Positions 26,680 to 39,894 of a stretch of 64,000 nt of DNA are shown here, piece by piece (the stretch's first letter is position 1; every line of letters starts with the position of its first letter). The stretch covers positions 19,530,001 through 19,594,000 of the forward strand of contig OX597837.1 in NCBI GenBank assembly GCA_951406725.2. Direction: 5' to 3'. The position numbers and the translations under genes were made by a program. The stretch comes from Octopus vulgaris. Taxonomy: Eukaryota. Below the pieces are notes generated by a model. It was not told the DNA's origin, searched no databases, and saw only the letters and a list, made by a program, of their open reading frames with translations.

Positions 26680-28294
26680 ATGTATGTATATGTATATGTA
26701 TATGTACACACACACACATACACACATTTATATATATATATAAATGTATATACACACAAACACATACACACACATATATATATAAACATAGATACATACA
26801 TAGAAGAACATACACAATGTACCACACATACACACACACACACACACACACAGATATGCATATATGTATGCATGCTTATATAGTTACCTATGTTTCTAGG
26901 TATGTGTGTGTGGAAGCTAAAGGAAAAATGGTAAATGTATATTTGTAGATGAACAGTTGTTGATTCAAACGTCCAAATGATGTCTATGTCAGTTCTACCA
27001 AACCTGCATACATATACCTCCAAGTATATATACACACACATATACATACATATATACATACATACATATATGTGTGTATACATATATATATATACATATA
27101 TATATATACATACACACGAACACATATCTGTATTTGTGCGTGTGTAGTATGTGTATGTTCATATATGTATGTATGTATGCATGTACGTATAAGTATCTAC
27201 GAAAATTGAGAAGGCCGTCTAACCAGAGAGAATTCATTATCTTACATAACTTGCCTTTGCCCAAAGCAAAACTCTCGGATGGTGATTACATTTATTTGAT
27301 CTTACTAATCTAGGAGTGTCCACACAAGCTTATGACACTCTCCCTTCACCGCTGATTTATTATGGTTAAATGAACCGACTTTGGGAAACACGATGTAGTC
27401 GCTTACAACAACATCAACCAGATCTTTCAGATATAACTCCAACGCTGGCCGTCGGTCCGTTCGTCCGTTCAGTCCGTCTGCCTGTTTGTCTCTGCTTGTC
27501 TCTGACTTTCTTTATCTGTCTGTCTGTCTTTATCTATTTGTCTCTGTCTCCGTCTGACCCTGCCTCTGTCTGTCTGTCTGTTTCTCTCTCTCTATCTGTC
27601 TATCTCTCTATCTCTGCCTGCCTGTCTGTCTGTCTCTTTCTCTCTGTCTCTCTGGCTCTCTCCCCACTCTCTCTGTCTTTATCTATTTGTCTCTGTCTCT
27701 GTCTATCTGTCTGTCTGTCTGTCTCTCTCTCTCTCCTTTCATGTTCCTGTTTCCAGATATCGGCAATCATGGACCTCAATACTAAATTCCGGAAATACAT
27801 GATTTTTCTTAGGAAAGATACAGCATTATTTTCCCACTACCTCTTTTTATTTACTGTTTATCGGCATTTCCCTCCTATAGTCCCCTACTCTGCTGGGCTT
27901 ACTCTTGAGGCAGAGGGCCTACTTAACCCCGGGGCAAGGGGGAACCAGTTTACATGATATCAAAACATGTTTACAAACAAATGGGCCTATGTTGAGCCTC
28001 CCATACCCGAGTCCCCAATGCCGTCGCCACAGGACCGTCTTCTGCTATTTGAATCGGGGTGACTAAGGGGTAACTCTATATTCCTTCAAATTTCTGAATA
28101 CCTCAGCTGGAGCTACACCACCTGATGTAGCTGAATGTCTTACCTAAGATCAAATCATATCGATTAAAAATAAGTACACGTTGGATAATGTACTGTTTTG
28201 TCCACTCTAGAAAAAGAAGGGATGGTTACGGTTGGAATATCGTTACTCATAGGCTTGCTAAATAAGGACTTATGTCCTGCAATTTTGAACATCA

Positions 28295-28649
28295 AGGCGC
28301 AGGCGTGGCTGTGGTCAAAAGCCTTACTTCTCAACTACATGGTTTCGAGTTCAGTCCCACTGCGCGGCACCTTGGGCAACTGTCTTCTACTATAGCCTCG
28401 GGCCGATTAAAGCCTTGTGAGTGGATTTGGTAGACGGAAACTGAAAGAAGCCCGTCTATGTGTGTCCTCCCACCATCACTTGACAACCGTAACTTAACGG
28501 TCCCGCAAAAGAGACCGATAAAATAAGTACTAGGGTTACAAAGAATAAACCATAGGGTCGATTTCGTCGGCAAAAAGAAGCCTCTTAAGGCGGTGCTCCA
28601 GCATGGCCACTGTCTTATGACTGAAAGAAATAAAAGAATAAAAGAATAA
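28295..28649 (+). mobile_element. SINE family B copy
   Basis: AGGCGCAGGCGTGGCTGTGG head, GGCACCTTGGGCAA CORE-like segment, (TAAAAGAA)n tail. Confidence 0.85.
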
Positions 28650-29015
28650 TCAAATGATTACACGAGAGAGAGAGAGGGGGTGAGGAGGGGGAACATGCGT
28701 CCCCTAAAATGTAGAATATAACCACCCAATATCCTTTCACGTGCAACTGTCTTGAAAGCTTGAAAGGTGCGGAGCAAGATGTGTGGAAGCGCTTGAGAGG
28801 CGTGAGGGGGGTAAGAAACGGAGTGAAGGTGTCGACGGGGAAGTTGCAGCAGAGTGAAAATAAGGAAAACAAAGAAAGGAAGGGAAGAAAGAAAGCAAGA
28901 ATGACACAATGACAAAGAAATGCTGAAAGAAATACTGAGAAGAAATTTAGAGGTCTTGGGAAATGGTCAGCAGATGACATCGTGATAAACACAGAACACA
29001 ACGAACGTATGTATG

Positions 29016-29101
<86 letters not shown>

Positions 29102-29614
29102 ATATAATAAGAATTAGCTTGAAGGGGGCAGAGGGGAAAAAAGATAACACAAAAACATATTCTATTCAGAATGCGATACATAGGATCAAAAGTATATTTT
29201 AACCTGTCAAAAGTGAGAGGAAATACACTGTTTGTTTGATCCACTCTCTCACTTTGTGGGGCTTTGTAGTTTTTCTTTATTTCTTTCTATCTTTCTTCTT
29301 CTATTTTTTTTTTTTTTTGAAACTCTGCTTTTCTATTGCCTGTTTATGACTCCTTATGCTTCTCTGTCATTTCCAATAGTAATCGCTCTTTGCCCTCAGT
29401 CATTTTCTGCGTAAATCTGCTTGTGCATCGGTCGGTCGGTCGGTCGGTATGTCTGTCTGTGTGTTAGCATGTTTGTATTGTCTGTATGTCTGTTAGTCCG
29501 TATGTCTGTACGTTTGTTATTCTTTTCTGTTGTAACACAGATCTAAATAAGTTGGTTGAGTGTAAGTTTTGTGTGTGTGAGTATATAAATGCATGTATAT
29601 TAAGATATATATTA

Positions 29615-30783
29615 TCTTTATATATATATAAAACTGAGAATGTGTGTGTGTGTGTGTGTCTGTCTGTCTGTGTGTTTCCCTAAAACTTGAGAACTATACC
29701 ACCAATTTCATTCAAATTTTACACATGCCTTACTTAGGGTCCGGGGAGTGTCATCGGCAAAAATCTTTTAACCATTTTGCCTAGATCGAGCCCACAGCAA
29801 TATCATATCTTCTCCACTACGATTCCCTAAAACTTGAGAACTACTCAACCAATTTCATTCAAATTTTACACATGCCTTACTTAGGGTCCGGGGAGTGTCA
29901 TCGGCAAAAAAAATGTTCAACTTCTTGCATAGAGCGAGCCCATAGCAATATCATATCTTCTCCACTATTTCAGTATTACGTGTTAAAAGTGAAACAAAAC
30001 CATTTCTCTATTTTATGTCGGATACTTTCACTTTAACAAAAATAATAATAACAATTGAATTATATGTAGTAAGTAATAATTAAAATCAAACTAAAGTATA
30101 ATATAATCGTAACATAACAAAAGTAAAAATAGCAATTGGTATAAAATTGCATCAATGACTTGAACTTGAATAAGTGGTATCACATGAATGGGAATAAATT
30201 AAACATAAAATAAAATTAGCGTGCAGAAATGGAATAGTCCAGATGGATAATAAAAAATTATATTAAAGAAAAGACTATTGTCTTTTAAGTATACAATGTA
30301 GAGAAAAAAGAAGATTTGTACACATAGAGGAAAGCACCTTCGAAAAGTGTCTTGGTGCGACTATGAAAGATATCTAATCAGAGGCGGTAAATTCGCCACA
30401 ATAGAAGCAAGGTTCGAGTCAACGGAGCGTGCAAGGGAGTACTCGACTAGAACTTGCAAAGAGGAAATATTTTATTTTTACCTTTATATCTGGGACGTAG
30501 GATGTCCAGGAAAAAATTATTAATCCCCCCCCCCCGAAGTAGAGGTAGGCTGGATTGTATACAAGAGGGAGGACAAGATACAATTGATCGAAATTACAAG
30601 AGACGGGCTAACAATTCCAGTCTGTTATATATTTTGAGTATTGTTATCACTAGCGATATCAAGATATAACTTTGTATTTTGTATTTTATGAGTAGATGTA
30701 TATATATAGATGTACATGTAATATGTACACATATATACATGCACTAGCACTATGAGCCGGCAACGACGGGTCTTTAATGCTAG
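29615..30783 (+). mobile_element. Non-autonomous Helitron-like element
   Basis: A|TC 5' end followed by TATATAAAA and (TG)/(TCTG) repeats; about 146 bp internal tandem duplication (29677-29819 and 29823-29968); imperfect GC hairpin GAGCCGGCAACGACGGGTC, then CTAG|T at 30780-30783. Confidence 0.72.
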
Positions 30784-31821
30784 TATATATATATATATGT
30801 GTGTGTGATTGTGTGTGTGTGTGATTGTGTGTGCGTGTGTGTGATTGTGTGTGTGTGTATGTATGTATGTATGTATGTATGTATGTATGTACGCATGTAT
30901 TTATATAGATTTATAGATATATATATGTATGCAATTACATAGATATGTATATATATGTACATATAAACATATATATATATATATGTATATACACACACAA
31001 AAATATGTATGCGTTGCATATGCATGCATATGCATGCATATGTATACATTTTTTAATCCGAGGGGAGGCTATGCGAGCAGCAACTACAAGAACACTACAA
31101 AATCCACAGAAAGATCAAACACATACATATATTCATATATTCATTTATATCTACAGAACAGAGCAAAGCTACAGATAACCAAAAGACGAATGATCACAAT
31201 AAGCAGTCAGCTACCCTACCCTAGTCGTTACCACTCCCAGTGTAGGATTCCTCACCATCCAGGTGACAGGCACAGCCATAAGATGCCTTACGAATCTATA
31301 GCAATTGGAAGGGCGTGACCCAACTGAAAAAAACATTAACAACTGTGTGACGTGAGGGCTAAGGAGAAATGAAAGTATCACCTCTGGAATTTGCAAATGA
31401 CCACTATGCTGATGCGTAACTGGACAGAATAAATTTACAATCAATAAATATCTTTGAATAACCAGTCACTCATCTGGGAAGACCTTGAAATCAATGTTAC
31501 CATCTGGGGACTATGTGTGACCCAGTGCTAATAAAAAGACTGAAAGGAGGTCTGCAACTGAATCAGTGGAGGCAACGATGCCTCTCATTTACTTGACAAT
31601 TTATATAGAAGTGTGTGTATATATATTTGTGTCTGTGTTTGACCCCCACCCAAATCGTTTGACAACCGTGTGTCTACGTCCCCGTATCTTAGCGGTTTAG
31701 CAATAGACCGATAGAAGAAGTACTAGGTTGATAAAGAATAATCCTGGGGTCCATTTGTTCGACTAAAGGAGGTACTCCAGCATGGCCACTGTCAAATGAC
31801 TGAATCCAGTAGAATAATAAT

Positions 31822-31914
<93 letters not shown>

Positions 31915-32455
31915 GTATCTATATATATACATTGTGAACTCAGACATAGCCTTTATCATTTATACATCAGCTTGCATGCACATTTATAAACACACACAAA
32001 TGAATTTACGCACACACACATATGCACACACAAATATACACACGAAGTAATCTAAATATCTATCCATACAGACGTCCGTGCATAGATCTGAAGACACACA
32101 TTGCAACAGTGTTGGTGCCGGTGTTTTTCAAAGACCAAAAACCACGCGTAAACCGAACAAAAGTGAGACGGCTTTTAAGAACTCATTTTTATCCAGACAT
32201 ATTTCTTTCAAATAACTTAACTTCTCGAAGAATGGTTCTTCAAGATTTAATCGGACAATAAATTAGAGATTTTTCATTTATTTATTTGTTTGTTTATTTA
32301 TTTATTTATGAGAAAAGAATGACTGATGAATACACACACATGCACGTGTGCGAACGCATGCATTCACATGAATATATATATATGTATATGCATATTTATA
32401 TGTGTCTGTGTGACTACATAACTATTTATATACATGTTTTATATATATATATATG

Positions 32456-32496
<41 letters not shown>

Positions 32497-32529
32497 TTAT
32501 TTATGTATATATATATATATATATGTATG

Positions 32530-32649
<120 letters not shown>

Positions 32650-32796
32650 TATATATATATACATATTTATATATATATATATATCTGTATATATATGTAC
32701 ATATATATTTCTGTGGAATTTAGATTTAATATGCAGACATTTAACATATACATAAATATATTTTTATATGCATAGGTATATATGCACACGTGTGAA

Positions 32797-32839
<43 letters not shown>

Positions 32840-32845
32840 TATATA

Positions 32846-32933
<88 letters not shown>

Positions 32934-33189
32934 TTTTGTGATAAAAGTAGATTTAACAAAAGCATAGTTCTTATATTCTTGAATAATATTAAAAAAATAC
33001 ATATTCTTTCTTCATTGGCCTGCCTCCCCCCTTCTCCCTCCTTCTACCGCCTTCCCCTTCAATTCTTCCTAATTCTCCTACCTTAATTTTTCTTTGCTTT
33101 TTTTTTTCTTCTTTATTGCTCTACATTGTTCCCAATTGTTCTATCATCATTTACACTGAAAGAAAAATGCACTGAATCGTTTTACTCAC

Positions 33190-33309
33190 CCCTTAGACAT
33201 TACAATAAGGGACTTTCTGATGATGATGTTATGGACGTCTTGAAATGCTGCTGCTATTCAGCACACTGTAATGACGTGACGACAAAAGCTACTTTTCGAT
33301 GATGTTGCC
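33190..33309 (-). other. Candidate non-coding / 5'UTR exon (120 nt)
   Basis: Acceptor CATACCTTAG|GGC after a (TC)n(AC)n tract and consensus donor GGG|GTGAGT; all three frames contain stops. Confidence 0.3.
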
Positions 33310-33317
33310 CTAAGGTA

Positions 33318-33371
<54 letters not shown>

Positions 33372-33600
33372 GGGGGGAGTTAATGTGTGTGTGTGTGTGT
33401 GTGTTTGAGTGTTTGGGGAGGTTTATTCTTGCTGGAACATTTTTACCACAGAGCTATTACTAATGGTGGGTGTTACCGGCAGAAACGCTTCCTTTGTGTT
33501 GTTGACAACAACAAACGACAACAACAAAAACAACAACAACAACAACAACAATAACCACAACAAAGTTCAGGTAGCAAAATCAGGAGGGAGAAAGAATTTT

Positions 33601-33850
<250 letters not shown>

Positions 33851-34854
33851 AAAAATAATGGAATTGAGAAGACATGAGAAGAGCAATTGAAAATTTTAAT
33901 AGTCCATGCAGTCTTTGAGGAAATTCGATTCTTCATTCTTCATTTATTCCACGTATGTATGAATGAATGCATGTATGTTTGTATGCATGTACGTATGTAT
34001 GCATACATATGCAGGGATGCATTCCTTTATATTGTTAATACATCATGCATGTTGTTTAATAACACATCCACTACTTGAATTATGCACATGTATACACACC
34101 TACACACACATGCCTACACACATATGCACACACACGCATACATACATATATACATACGTACATTCATATACATACAAACATACATGCACACACGCACACA
34201 CACACGTATATGTATAAATTCATATGTATGTATAAACATATATATGTATATGTATATATAAATATACATACGCGCGCGCGTGTGTATGTGTGTGTCTTTA
34301 CTAGCAGTCATGAATTCACTATATTTTCAATATATTAATTGTAAAAGATTCTTGTAATCATCATTTGATCAGAGAATGTTGATTCCCTCAAAATTGTTGC
34401 ATCCAAGCCAATGAGAACATGACCAAAGTTGAACACCATAAAAATAATCTTCGATTGGAATCGCTTTACCAGATTTCTTCCAAACAACGTCAAAGACTTT
34501 GTCCTCTCGGACAGACCATGAACATACGGTCCATCCTCTCATATTACACTTTCACCATCACATTATGTTTGTCTCTCATATACCAAACTGCTGCTACAGG
34601 AAACGGCAATAAATATGTAACTGGCAGACACACATTATATATCTCTCATAGATTTACACTAAAAACAGACAGCAAAGATAACACTTGTATATTTAATATG
34701 TTCATTTTTTTTTAAGTCATTCAGACTGAACTTTTTTGAAAATCATTTCAACAGCATTCTAATAGACAAGTAACGAAAATAAATATATCGATTAAGAGAT
34801 CGTATTTATCCTCCAACCATCTCTCAGCGATTTATCGCTACATTTTATTGTATG

Positions 34855-34900
<46 letters not shown>

Positions 34901-34922
34901 GTACGCATGCACACGCACACGT

Positions 34923-34959
<37 letters not shown>

Positions 34960-35155
34960 CAGTTAATCCAAACATGAAAACACAACAACGTGAGGACGTG
35001 TAACAAGTATAGTGTTATTGGACGCTCATGAAAGGAAAGAAAGAAGGCGGATTTAAAGTTTCGAGCGGAGCTCTTCGTCAGAAACATAGGAAAAGGAAAG
35101 ATCCAAGGAAGGGAAGACGGAGGAAAAAATCGCCAACGGTACACACGCGGTCACA
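34960..35155 (-). mobile_element. Short non-coding element carrying a hammerhead-like core (probable PLE-derived)
   Basis: About 195 bp island between microsatellites containing GTTT-CTGACGA-A-GAGC-TCC-GCTC-GAAA-CT-TT-AAAT (35085-35051). Confidence 0.55.
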
Positions 35156-35634
35156 CACACACACACACACATGAAATGGCACTCCGTCGGTTACGACGAC
35201 AAGGGCTCAAGTAGATCCAAACGAAAGATCAGCTTGCTCGTGAAATTAATTTCCAAGTGACTGACCACTCCAGAGACACGCATATTTACATACATACAAA
35301 CATACGTATATACATACATACACATACATACATACATACATACGTGTATACATACATACATACATACATACATACATACATACATACATACGTGCGTACG
35401 TACGTTTACTCATACATATACATACATACATACATACATACATACATACATACATACAGTGGGCCATATTAAGTCATGAATACCCTTGGAAGTTGCCCAG
35501 CGGCCTCACGGATCTAGGGACCCAATTCTGACCTATGTGTGTTGTGATTTACTATCAGTAAATTCTATAGGTTGCAGTGCAATGATTTCCGCAGGGGACC
35601 TGCAACGCTACTAATGCGGTTCTGCTAGGATAAG

Positions 35635-36030
35635 TATCGGCTTCATCACTTTGAGCCAGAGACAAAGAGACGATCCATGCAGTTGAAACACCCCCTCCTC
35701 ACCAGCTCTAAAGAAAGCCAAGGTTATTTCATCTGCAGTTTTTTGGGGGGCGGGAGGGGTGCAAAAGGCATTGTTTTTATTGTTTATCTTCGAAAGAGCT
35801 ACAACATCAATGGAGAATACCATGCTATCAACATCAAATCCCCAGGAAAACTGATGAATGGGATCTTTTTTCATCAGGACAATGCTTCAGCACATAAAAT
35901 CCTCGGGTTCAATGGCTTCAGTGCGTGATTATGGCTTTCAACTGGTTGATCATGCACCCGTTTGTCCTCATTTGTTCCTATTTGACTATCATCTGTTCTC
36001 CAGCATGAAAAAGACCCCACTTGGCTGGTA
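35635..36030 (+). mobile_element. Decayed mariner transposase catalytic-domain fragment
   Basis: HHFEPETKRRSMQ, INGEYHA, IFFHQDNASAHK and LVDHAPVCPHLFLFDYHLFSSMKK (decayed HPPYSPDLAPSDYHLF). Confidence 0.88.
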
Positions 36031-37021
36031 CTCGGTAATGTTGCCCTCGGCAAATATGAACTCAAAACGCAACGACAGACGAGATGACGCTAAGCATTTT
36101 CTCAGACTCTCTCATGATTCTGTCACCTCACTGCTTTACAAATACTGCAAAATAATAAAATCTGAAAAGGGAAGCCAGGTGTTTTTCACTTCAGAATATT
36201 TCTGCTCCAATAGTTATTCACACTTTACAAAGCTCATTGGTAACCCACAATAGAGTATCCCCCCCACACACACACACTTTGCATGGCGATTCTTTTATAC
36301 ACACAGACTAAACATCCTATATGTGTCTCCAAAGAGGTCAGCTGTATCCGATAGATTGATGCGTAGTGTTTCGACAGCTTCTCTCCGATAGACATGCCGT
36401 TCACCCATTTCCGGTGTAATTCCAATGTTCTCTTCTCATCGGAGCGAGCTCCACTCTTAACAATAATGCAGAGGTATTCCACACTATATATCTTTCTTCT
36501 TCTCGACAGGACAGATTACTAAGTCCACTTTCCACTTTCCACCCCTTACCCACGAGTCTTATAAAAAAAAACCTTAAAATGCAGAACTATTTAAGGTGAT
36601 GCTCTAGCATGGCCGTAGTCCTATAACTAAAACCATTAAAAAAAAAAACTATTTTTGAATAGCTTTCTTCAAGTGTGGCTGAGTGATAAGAAGCTTGCTT
36701 CCCACCCAGACGGTTCCAAGTTTAGTCTCACCGCGTGACACTTTGGACGAGTGTCTTCTATTGCTTCGGGCCGAACAAAAACTTGTGAGTGAAACTGAAA
36801 GAAACTCGTCGTATATATGTGTGTGTGTCTGTCAACCGGTGTTGGTATGTTTACGTCGTCAAAAGAGACCGATACTAGGCTTAAAGGGAAAACAAAAACA
36901 AGTACTGGGGTAGATTCATTCGATTAAAATATTGTTCAAGGTGGTACCCCAGCCTGGGCGCAGTCTAATCACTGAAACAAGCAAGAGATAAAAGGTAAAA
37001 GATAAATCAACAGTTTTTCAC

Positions 37022-37060
37022 CCTGCTGATGACTGTTTGATACAACATGAAACCTTCAGG
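37022..37060 (+). ncRNA. Degenerate minimal type I hammerhead motif
   Basis: CCTG-CTGATGA-c-TGTT-tgatac-AACA-t-GAAA-CC-TT-CAGG; stem I CCTG/CAGG, stem II TGTT/AACA. Confidence 0.45.
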
Positions 37061-37612
37061 TTCATGGAAGTGTTTACATACTTAAAGGCTTTGCATTAAG
37101 GTAGGCAACAACCAGAGGAAACACGAAACAGAAACAAAAAGTAAATTAAATAATAAAAAGCAATAAATATATATATGCAATAAATAAATATACCGAAAAC
37201 CCCATCAAGAAACAATTCAACCACAACTAAAATCTCTGCAATATCAACTGTAGAGAACAAAAAAATTATAACAAATAAAACAAAAAATGAAACTAATGAA
37301 AACAGCGGCCATATTTAAATCAGAATAGTTTATGGCTTCCTTATCGTTATTTCTCAAACTTGTTTTTCTTTTTTCTAGTGAACGCCATCATCTCTCTTTC
37401 TATGTTCCCTTCGTTTCACGTTAGCTGTATTGATATTAATTCCCTGTTAATTTGCTTAATTAATCCATAACAGGGAGGTTTTAATTAAAAATTTCAGAAT
37501 TCCTCGTTAACTCAACAGAGAACCTTTCTGAGTTAGAAAAGCGATTCAGAGAGGGGGGGGCGAAGAAAAAAAGAAGAAAAATAAAGAAAAATGGGGAGAA
37601 AGATAGGTAGAA

Positions 37613-37654
37613 AGATAGATAGATAGATAGATAGACAGATTGATAGATAGATAT

Positions 37655-37685
<31 letters not shown>

Positions 37686-37686
37686 T

Positions 37687-37743
<57 letters not shown>

Positions 37744-37819
37744 CAGAGAGATAGATAGATAGATATGTATACAGGGAGAGACTGAGAGAAGAGAGATAGA
37801 GATAGATAGATAGATAGAT

Positions 37820-37873
<54 letters not shown>

Positions 37874-37890
37874 CAGAGAGATGGGCGGAG

Positions 37891-37976
<86 letters not shown>
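37613..37976. repeat. (AGAT)n compound microsatellite
   Basis: Direct reading. Confidence 0.95.
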
Positions 37977-37977
<1 letters not shown>

Positions 37978-38013
37978 ACTATGCACACAGCGACAGTGAA
38001 AGTGAAGAAGAGA

Positions 38014-38052
<39 letters not shown>

Positions 38053-38234
38053 AAGAGAAGAAGTAATAAAAAGACTGGGAGTATGAGGAGAAAGGGTTTA
38101 TTTACCGATCCCATTTCATTAGGGACACGAAAGGATCAAATTCCAATGCTATCGTAATAGATCGCATCGTTACAGTACGTATATACAATACAGTCACATG
38201 TGCATACATACACACATACACGCATGTTTGTAAC

Positions 38235-38303
<69 letters not shown>

Positions 38304-39144
38304 TATTTATGTGTGTTATATATATATTTGTGTGTATATATATATATATATACACAAATATATATATATAACACACATAAATATATATATATACATATAT
38401 ATGTAACATATATATACACACATATATATAACACATATAAACATATATACATATATATATGTATATATATATATATATGTATGCATACATATATATATGT
38501 ATGCATATATGTATATGTATGTATGTATATATTTCTAACATTTGTTGTAATTACTTCACGTCATTGTTGTGGTTGTTGTTGTTGATGTTGTTGTTGTTGG
38601 TGGTGGTGTGTTTATTTGTTATTTCTATGACTTTTCCCACCTCAAGCATTCAGTCTTTCTCACTGGCTCTCTTCCCCTCTCCCCCTCTCACTTTCTCTTA
38701 ATCTCTCTCTCTCTCTTCCTCTCCGTGTCACATGTCTCACTTCCCTACTCGCTTTATTTCTTTCTAATTAGTTCCAATGGTGCTAATTAACCATCAAAGG
38801 ACAGAATATAAAATAAAATAAAATTGAAATAAATAAATTACAACAAATGCCAAAAAAAAAAAGAGGAAAAATCTTAGACCAAATAAAGATTCTACACTAT
38901 CATAAAAATTTTTGAATTTATTTGTAAAGTTAAATTAAACTTGTCACTACATTCACTCGGACTCCAACCCTCGTTTTACTTAATTTCGTTTAAAACGAAT
39001 TGACATAAGTTAATGTTCGCAAATGTTGAATGCATGGCCATAATTTAGTCTGCGGAAGAAATACCTTTAGTAGTCTAGTATAAACTTCACACCTATGTTG
39101 TTTGTATGTGTATATGTATATACATATATACATATACAATTGTG

Positions 39145-39196
<52 letters not shown>

Positions 39197-39363
39197 TATA
39201 TATATATATATGCATATATATATATATGTATACATGCATTTTTACCGGTGAATGCGTTAAATTATGAGGCACTAAAAGATAATGACTCTCCCCAGACACA
39301 ACAGAATAAGCTTCAACACACACACACTCACATAAAAAATCTTGCAAACCAAATCCCAAAACG

Positions 39364-39408
<45 letters not shown>

Positions 39409-39894
39409 CATAGACTCAACAGACATCCAGATTCGTCCAACACAAGACAAGAGCTTTTCGACACTCGTCCACAAGTCGCTGATGCGCTGACGGTGAACAA
39501 TTTCAGGTGAAAATGCTCCGTTCCTCTTAACGCTTCTTGGAGTGTTTCGGCTGTTGGCTCTCCTATTCCTGTGGAGTTTATCTCGAAGAGTTAATACGCC
39601 TCATCCCCTGTAGCATTCAAATAACAACGACTTTTGGAAGTTGTCCATATTCCCCAAACATGGAAGTATTATAGAAACAGCAACAACAACAAAATTAATA
39701 AACCTCTCTTGGGATAGGCACAAGGCCAGAGATTTAGAGGATGAGTCAACGGATACTTATTTTATTGGCCCTTAAGGGATGAAAGACAAAGTTGACCTTG
39801 GCGGAATTCGAACTCAGAACCTATAGTCGCTAAGCATTTGGTCTGGCATGCTAACGATTCTGCCAATTCGCCACCTTTGCTCCTAATTTTGGCT

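Noticed and set aside
27370-27957. 195 aa ORF
   Set aside because: Mostly a (TCTG)/(TC) low-complexity tract; the remainder has no recognisable motif.
33219-33270. Hammerhead-like CTGATGA...GAAA
   Set aside because: Stem II is plausible, but there is no correctly placed UH or stem I, and the box arises from a (GAT)n run.
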